This document shows positions 58,674-64,000 of a DNA stretch of 64,000 bases, in pieces. The position numbers and the translations under genes were made by a program. Origin of the DNA: Candidatus Pelearchaeum maunauluense (GTDB taxonomy: Archaea > Thermoproteota > Nitrososphaeria_A > Caldarchaeales > Caldarchaeaceae). Within the stretch, counting starts at the first letter, position 1, and each line of letters starts with the position of its first letter. The notes under the pieces were generated by a model. The model did not search any database. It was not told where the DNA came from and saw only the letters and a list, made by a program, of their open reading frames with translations. The stretch spans positions 1-64,000 of the forward strand of contig JANVYQ010000004.1 of assembly GCA_030059675.1 (NCBI GenBank). The letters are read 5' to 3'.

Positions 58674-59782
58674 ACTATGCCTACCTCCTCTCTCTCGCTA
58701 CGGCTAGCATTCAGAATTTTCCAGAATATATTAGAAGCCTCGCCTGACCAGCCCCAGGGAAGCATCAGCAATCCCTTATTTATTATATCTTCCCAGCTAA
58801 GCAGCCTAAGGGCGGCCAAACACTCGGCAGGAAGCAGCACGGGCTTAGCGTACCTGGCTTGGTCTTCAACGCTTATTCTGGGACAGGCGGTATTAACATA
58901 AGCCTCAAAGGGGTATTCCGTGATTAGCTTATCGTCAATCTCGTCAGTTGCTATGATTGTTGCGTGCTTTCCATTATCGCGTAGAACATGCGCTAGTAAG
59001 ACCGCAAGCCCGCTCCTCATCTGGCCTGGCTTAGTGCTGACTACAACCCCGACCTTAGAAGCTTCGGCGAACTTCTGTATATTGGCATATCGCTGCATCA
59101 ATATACGCCTTCTATAGTCGCCCAGCTCTTTGACTGTCTGGGTTATCGGGTCTACAGCATAGGTGGTCTTTGATGATATTAGGGCTATGCCTAAGGCGTG
59201 GAATATACTCCCCAAAACTATGAACGCATCAACATCGGCCTCAAGCTGCTTTAATCCAGAATAGTCGCATCCAAGAACCTGCGCATTATGCATGGCGAAC
59301 ATGCTGGGTTTTGCTATGCGGGTTGATATTCCATTATCCTCAAGATAGCTGGCCAGTAGCGTTATGTGGTCTAGCCACTGGACGCTTGCTCCTAAGCCTA
59401 TTACGCTCACTCCCTTGAGTGCTTCGCGTATCTTTGGAAGCATGTTCATGAGAGGTGATGGGTCTGCGTATCTGCACTCTACGTATACTGTGGGTATTTT
59501 GTCTCTGCGCATGAATGGTGAGTGTCCTAGGTGTAGTATGGCGTCTGCCTTAACCTGCTCCGCCTCGGAGTACGCTATATCGCATCCTCCCCAGCACGCG
59601 GAGTTGGAGAGGACTGGGGTAAAGCCTCTATCGGCCAAAAGGACTGCAAGCTTGGCCGCTATTCCCCTGAAGCCCAGCGGCGCCTGGATAAGCACCCTAC
59701 GAGCAGAAAATACCCTAAGCTTATCCAATACCTGGCTTATGTCAATCTTATAAGGCCCGTGATAAAGCTCCTCCATGCCCAA
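58670..59782 (-). CDS. dph2: Diphthamide biosynthesis enzyme Dph2
   Basis: CWGGCD, H.GH, QVLGCD, STKPGQ and NTACPRI (three Fe-S Cys). Confidence 0.93.
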   Translation of the reverse strand: MGMEELYHGPYKIDISQVLDKLRVFSARRVLIQAPLGFRGIAAKLAVLLADRGFTPVLSNSACWGGCDIAYSEAEQVKADAILHLGHSPFMRRDKIPTVYVECRYADPSPLMNMLPKIREALKGVSVIGLGASVQWLDHITLLASYLEDNGISTRIAKPSMFAMHNAQVLGCDYSGLKQLEADVDAFIVLGSIFHALGIALISSKTTYAVDPITQTVKELGDYRRRILMQRYANIQKFAEASKVGVVVSTKPGQMRSGLAVLLAHVLRDNGKHATIIATDEIDDKLITEYPFEAYVNTACPRISVEDQARYAKPVLLPAECLAALRLLSWEDIINKGLLMLPWGWSGEASNIFWKILNASRSEREEVGIV

Positions 59783-59877
59783 TCAACTACAATTCCGCTT
59801 CCTGCTACCTATTTCCACTAACAGGCTCTATTTAGTGTTGTGAAGTTTTTTAGGCAACGGAATTACCTCGTCTAGGG

Positions 59878-61155
59878 ATGCCTGACTACGATATCCTGGT
59901 TATTGGGTCTGGGATTTTGGGTCTTACAACTGCTTTCTACGCGAAGAAGCAGAATCCAAAGCTTAGTGTTGCTGTTATTGACCGTGAGCGCGGGGCTGGT
60001 CAGGGAAATACGGCCAGGAGCGTGGGTGGTTATAGGAGGGGGATATTCACCTCGCATGTCAATAGAATACTGGCCGAGACATCAATAGACTTCTACAGAA
60101 AGATGGAGAGGGATGGGGAGTATAGCTTTGGAATGCGCGAGCTGGGCTACCTAATACTACTCACGAAGTCCAGGTATAACTCAATAGGCGGTTATCTAGC
60201 CCCCATACTAAAGGCTGGTAAAGCTAGGCTCCTTGATAGTAGAGAGCTTAGCAGTGTTCTAGGGATGGTTACCTCGTTTGAAGGTGATGAGGAGGCGGAG
60301 CTGCTGGAGCTTGAGGATATAGAGTATGGTTTGTTTGCTCATGAATGCGGCCAGCTAGATGTTGAGAAGCTTGTCTCATTCTATTTTGAGAAGTGCAAAG
60401 AGCAAGGTGTTGAGTTTATCTTTGGCAAGAATGTTGAACGCCTTACATTAGTGCCTAAGAAGCCGTTGGGGATACCCAACGAGCCGCGCGTGTGGCAGGG
60501 AAAGGCTATAGGGGGAGTTGAGACCGATTCTGGGAAGATAACGGCGCAGCAGGTTGTGGTCGCTGCTGGGGTATGGTCTCCTCACCTTCTAGACCCGCTG
60601 GGCGTTGATTGCTTCGTAAAAGCTAAGAAACGTCAGCTCGCTGTGGTGAGGGCGTCCAGCAACGAGCTAGCCGCGTTGCTCCATAGAGGAGGGCTAAATA
60701 AGCTGGGAACGCCTCCCATGATGTTCTTCCCAAAAGGGCTTTACCTAGTTCCACGCGAATCTGAGGGATGTTTCTGGGTTGGCCTGACAGATGATATAGG
60801 GAGGGCGTTTGAGATAGATATGACACCTGAAGAGAGGTTTTACTACGACAACGCGCAGCCTATGCTGGCTAAATACTTCCCAGAGTTCAGTGCAGCTAGG
60901 CCAGAGAGCATGTGGGCAGGTTGCTACTCTATGAATATGCTTGACGGGAATCCGATAATCTTCAGATTCCTAAACTGCGTCGTAGTTACAGGCGCTAGCG
61001 GGAGCGGCGCCATGAAGGCAGACGCGATAGGGAGGATTGCCTCAGCGCTGCTGATGAACAAGAGTGTTGCAGTTCTACATGGGGGCATACCATTTGACGT
61101 TAGTATTCTCGGTGTAGAGAATAGGCAGGTGGATAAAGAGTATCTAATTCTCTAG
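59878..61155 (+). CDS. FAD-dependent oxidoreductase (DAO/sarcosine oxidase-like family)
   Basis: VIGSGILG, GNTARS, VAAGVWS, WAG.Y....D.NP and GASGSG.MK.D. Confidence 0.88.
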   Translation: MPDYDILVIGSGILGLTTAFYAKKQNPKLSVAVIDRERGAGQGNTARSVGGYRRGIFTSHVNRILAETSIDFYRKMERDGEYSFGMRELGYLILLTKSRYNSIGGYLAPILKAGKARLLDSRELSSVLGMVTSFEGDEEAELLELEDIEYGLFAHECGQLDVEKLVSFYFEKCKEQGVEFIFGKNVERLTLVPKKPLGIPNEPRVWQGKAIGGVETDSGKITAQQVVVAAGVWSPHLLDPLGVDCFVKAKKRQLAVVRASSNELAALLHRGGLNKLGTPPMMFFPKGLYLVPRESEGCFWVGLTDDIGRAFEIDMTPEERFYYDNAQPMLAKYFPEFSAARPESMWAGCYSMNMLDGNPIIFRFLNCVVVTGASGSGAMKADAIGRIASALLMNKSVAVLHGGIPFDVSILGVENRQVDKEYLIL

Positions 61156-61701
61156 ATGATTTTACGTCGTCTGAGAATCCATAGCGTTACCACAGCTCCT
61201 GCGTTGCTTATCAGTATGTTTCCAGCCATTGTGGCGAGCCATATGAGTATGATGACTGAGAGAGGTGCTTCTATTATTCCTAGTGCTGTGAGTATGGAGA
61301 GCGCAACTATAGACTCGGATATGCTACTAAAGGATGTTGCGAGGAGTATTCTTCCTCTTTTTCTGCTGTTCTTAACATAAGCGCCGCCTACTCTACATGC
61401 CATATCATATGCTACTCCAGCAGCTAGCGATGCTAGGGGTAGGTAAGGTGCTGGGGCTGGTATAGTTACCAGCATTATGACCCCAGCTATCGCGCCCATC
61501 ATGGTGGCGCTCTAGGTTCTACCCGCATAAGCCGCGGCTGAGCTCATGAGGAAACCACGTAGAAAATGCGCTGGGTAGCCCCTGAGTAGAGGTTCTAAAG
61601 CATTATCAACCAACACGCCGCCCACCACATATAGGGCTGAGAGAAGCCCTATGACCGCTACGGATTTTGATGCGGGGACGGTAACAGTGCGGGGGTTGCA
61701 T
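61152..61701 (-). pseudogene. Small membrane protein (ECF S-component-like), disrupted
   Basis: ATG 61701 is one base out of frame across a C5 run; in-frame TAG (GRT*SATMMG) at 61512-61514; hydrophobic frame continues on both sides. Confidence 0.65.
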
Positions 61702-61791
61702 GTTTAGGATTCCCCATTACAATATATTAAGTTTTTAATGTATCGTGAAGAAGAACAACATCATATAAGTCCTCACAGTTCTACTGCTGGT

Positions 61792-62238
61792 ATGTGCGTG
61801 TGGTATTTTGCATATGGCGCTAACCTTGATAGGGAGATGCTCCGCCGCATAATAGGCGGCTGGAGTAGCGAGAAGAAAGCATGGCTACGGGGCTTCAGCA
61901 TAAAGTTTGACGCATATTCAACGAGCTGGCGGGGAGGCGTCGCTGATATTGTGGAAGACCCCGATGGAATAGTTTACGGCGCAGTATATCAGTTAGAGGA
62001 GGAGCAGCTTAAGACTCTTGATAGGTATGAGGGAGTTCCCACGATGCACGCGAGGCGGATTGTGGTTGTTGAGACAGAAGAAGGCCAGCTTGAGGCCGTT
62101 ACCTACGTTGTCAGCAATCCCCGCGGGAGGGTTGCCCCCTCCCAGCAGTACCTCTCAAGCATGATACGCGGATTAAGGCAGCACGGATACGATGAGAGAG
62201 TGATAGCGCTGGTGAGGAAAGCCGCCATGAAGGGCTAA
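61792..62238 (+). CDS. Gamma-glutamylcyclotransferase (GGCT/AIG2-like) family
   Basis: YFAYGANL, GVADIV, VYG.VY, LDRYEG and PS..YL..M..G. Confidence 0.9.
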   Translation: MCVWYFAYGANLDREMLRRIIGGWSSEKKAWLRGFSIKFDAYSTSWRGGVADIVEDPDGIVYGAVYQLEEEQLKTLDRYEGVPTMHARRIVVVETEEGQLEAVTYVVSNPRGRVAPSQQYLSSMIRGLRQHGYDERVIALVRKAAMKG

Positions 62239-62262
62239 AGCCTTAAGAGCAAACATGTAGGC

Positions 62263-64000
62263 TTGAGTTGGGTTAGAAGCCCCTTGACGGTCTCGCGGCT
62301 GGCTATATCAACAGCCGACGTGCTGGATGAGCTGGGATACGACTTCTACCAATTCACAACACAGCCCATAACACCCAGATTCTCTGACAAAACATTCAGC
62401 GAACTACTTCCACAACTGGCAACCTCCAACGAGCCACGCTGCGTAGCAATAGCTGGGATGCGCCTCTACGAGCATCAGGAAAAAACCATGAACGCCTTGA
62501 TGTTGGGCGAGAATGTAGTCCTAAAGTCGGGAACAGGCTCTGGCAAGACCGAGGCGTGGTTTCTATACTCGGCTATCAACGACGTGAAGACCATAGCAAT
62601 CTACCCAACTCTCGCTCTGGCTAATGACCAGCTAACTAGGCTAAAGGAATACACTGCCGCCCTGGGGAGGAAGACGCTCGCGCTTGACGCCTTGAAGAAG
62701 AGCAACATGCTAAAGAGGATGAGCTTCAGAGAACTGCGCAAAGAGCTGGGAGAATCGCATATACTCATAACAAACCCCGCGTTCCTCCTAAACGAGCTTA
62801 AGAAAATAGGTGCTGGAAAGCCGTCGCTTCTAAAACAGTTCATAGAGAAGGCAGGCCTCCTCGTGGTGGATGACTTTGACTTCTATGGACCGCGCTCCAT
62901 AGCGCTTCTCTTCAGCATGGTTAAGCTCCTAGTCCAGACAGTAAATCCTAATCTCCAGCTAGCGTTCATAACTGCAGCCCTAGAAAACCCGAATGAGGTA
63001 GCCCAATATCTAACCATGATAAACAACAGGAGAACATCAATAATAGAGGGACACGCGTTCCAACCAGCTAACAACTACTACATAGTGCTTGGAAAGAGCC
63101 TGCGTAGGACGTGGGAGGAGCTTAGAAACCAGATGCAGAAATTCCGCGACGCAGGAGCTGGGCATGATGTGATAAAGGCGCTGGAGGACTATCAGCTCTT
63201 CAAAAAGCTATACTTCAAGGTCATTGAGGTGGCTAGGGCTGCTGGGGTTAAGGTTCCAGAAGAAACGGTTGATGTGGCTGATATACTCGCTAGGTATGTC
63301 CAGGATGATGGTGTTACTCTGGTCTTTACGCGGGGTATTGCGCGTGCGGAAGAGCTTGCTCGGCGCGTGGCTTCCAAGCTTTCCAGCGACAGGGCTGTTG
63401 CTGCACACCACCATCTCCTACTAAAGACGCAGCGCGAAGAGGTTGAGGAGAGGGCTAGGAGAGGTGAGGTTAAGATACTCATTTCGCCAAGAACGCTAAG
63501 CCAGGGGATAGACATAGGCCTAGTGGTGCGCGCCGTCCATGTAGGCCTGCCAGACTCGGTTAGGGAGTTCAGGCAGCGCGAGGGTAGGAAGGGCAGGAGA
63601 CCAGAGATAGAGAGAACGGAGACCGTGATAATACCCAGCAGCCCCTGGGATAGAGACCTACTGACACGCGGGGTCGATGCATTAAGGAAATGGATAGAGC
63701 TGCCTGGGGAGAAAGTAATAGTCAATAAGGAAAATCTATACAGTAAGCTCTTTGAGACACTTTACCGCTTCATCTCCCCAAGCCTTAGGAAGACGCTCTC
63801 TCCAGAGGACTATAACTTCCTCAGGAGGCTGAGGCTTGAGGAGGATGGTGAGCTTACATTCAATGGGAAGAATACCTGGCTGAAGATGAACTTCTACGAG
63901 TTCGCCCCATCATACGGGATTAAACGCATGAGAACCACCGAGACGGGTGGAATTGAACGGCTTGAAGATATATCTCACGTGGATTTGGTTGAGAAATTCC
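62263..64000 (+). CDS. SF2 DEAD/DEAH-box helicase (YprA/Hrq1-like archaeal family), 3' end beyond the window; not in the ORF track
   Basis: Continuous frame with LYEHQ, SGTGSGKTEA, YPTLALANDQ, ITNP, VVDDFDFY, LSQGIDIG and QREGRKGR; start uncertain (62263-62320). Confidence 0.9.
   Translation, partial: MSWVRSPLTVSRLAISTADVLDELGYDFYQFTTQPITPRFSDKTFSELLPQLATSNEPRCVAIAGMRLYEHQEKTMNALMLGENVVLKSGTGSGKTEAWFLYSAINDVKTIAIYPTLALANDQLTRLKEYTAALGRKTLALDALKKSNMLKRMSFRELRKELGESHILITNPAFLLNELKKIGAGKPSLLKQFIEKAGLLVVDDFDFYGPRSIALLFSMVKLLVQTVNPNLQLAFITAALENPNEVAQYLTMINNRRTSIIEGHAFQPANNYYIVLGKSLRRTWEELRNQMQKFRDAGAGHDVIKALEDYQLFKKLYFKVIEVARAAGVKVPEETVDVADILARYVQDDGVTLVFTRGIARAEELARRVASKLSSDRAVAAHHHLLLKTQREEVEERARRGEVKILISPRTLSQGIDIGLVVRAVHVGLPDSVREFRQREGRKGRRPEIERTETVIIPSSPWDRDLLTRGVDALRKWIELPGEKVIVNKENLYSKLFETLYRFISPSLRKTLSPEDYNFLRRLRLEEDGELTFNGKNTWLKMNFYEFAPSYGIKRMRTTETGGIERLEDISHVDLVEKF

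Noticed and set aside
20793-61155. Convergent genes sharing a CTAG stop palindrome (20793, 26286, 57414, 61152)
   Set aside because: Expected 4-bp overlap in compact genomes that use TAG stops.
5618-61701. Amber (TAG) recoding or pyrrolysine, suggested by five in-frame TAGs
   Set aside because: TAG terminates many intact genes (glyS, endA, lysC). In-frame TAAs, frameshifts and deletions affect the same class of genes, and no pyl genes are seen.
1-64000. CRISPR arrays, rRNA, transposases, and the many antisense or alternate-frame ORFs in the track
   Set aside because: No regular repeat-spacer pattern or rRNA/transposase motifs seen. The extra ORFs overlap well-supported genes and lack motifs.

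Overview
Archaeal chromosomal DNA from a TACK-type organism, probably a thermophilic Nitrososphaerota/Aigarchaeota-like lineage. This is inferred from endA, csl4-rpoL-tfs-dph2, the archaeal glyS and GC-rich tRNAs lacking encoded CCA; no rRNA is present to confirm it. Housekeeping genes (glyS, endA, hom, lysC, guaA, thiL, tRNA thiolase, dph2/csl4/rpoL/tfs, tRNA-Thr/Ile/Arg) flank two accessory catabolic regions. The first is an ABC importer + Mo-hydroxylase large subunit + enamidase + LLM oxidoreductase cluster that looks like a variant of nicotinate/N-heterocycle degradation. The second is an aromatic-acid region with phenylacetate-CoA ligase, a deletion-fused padB::fdhD chimera and intact hpaB/hpaC/hpaD meta-cleavage genes. 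The most unusual single genes are a GcvH-like/TusA-like fusion lacking the lipoyl lysine, directly downstream of a rhodanese, and a 4-TM membrane protein with a C-terminal C4HC3 RING finger. About ten accessory genes carry stops, frameshifts or deletions. Codon third positions switch sharply between A/C-only and G/T-rich tracts. I found no CRISPR array, integrase, transposase or rRNA. All family calls come from motif recognition by eye, not database searches.
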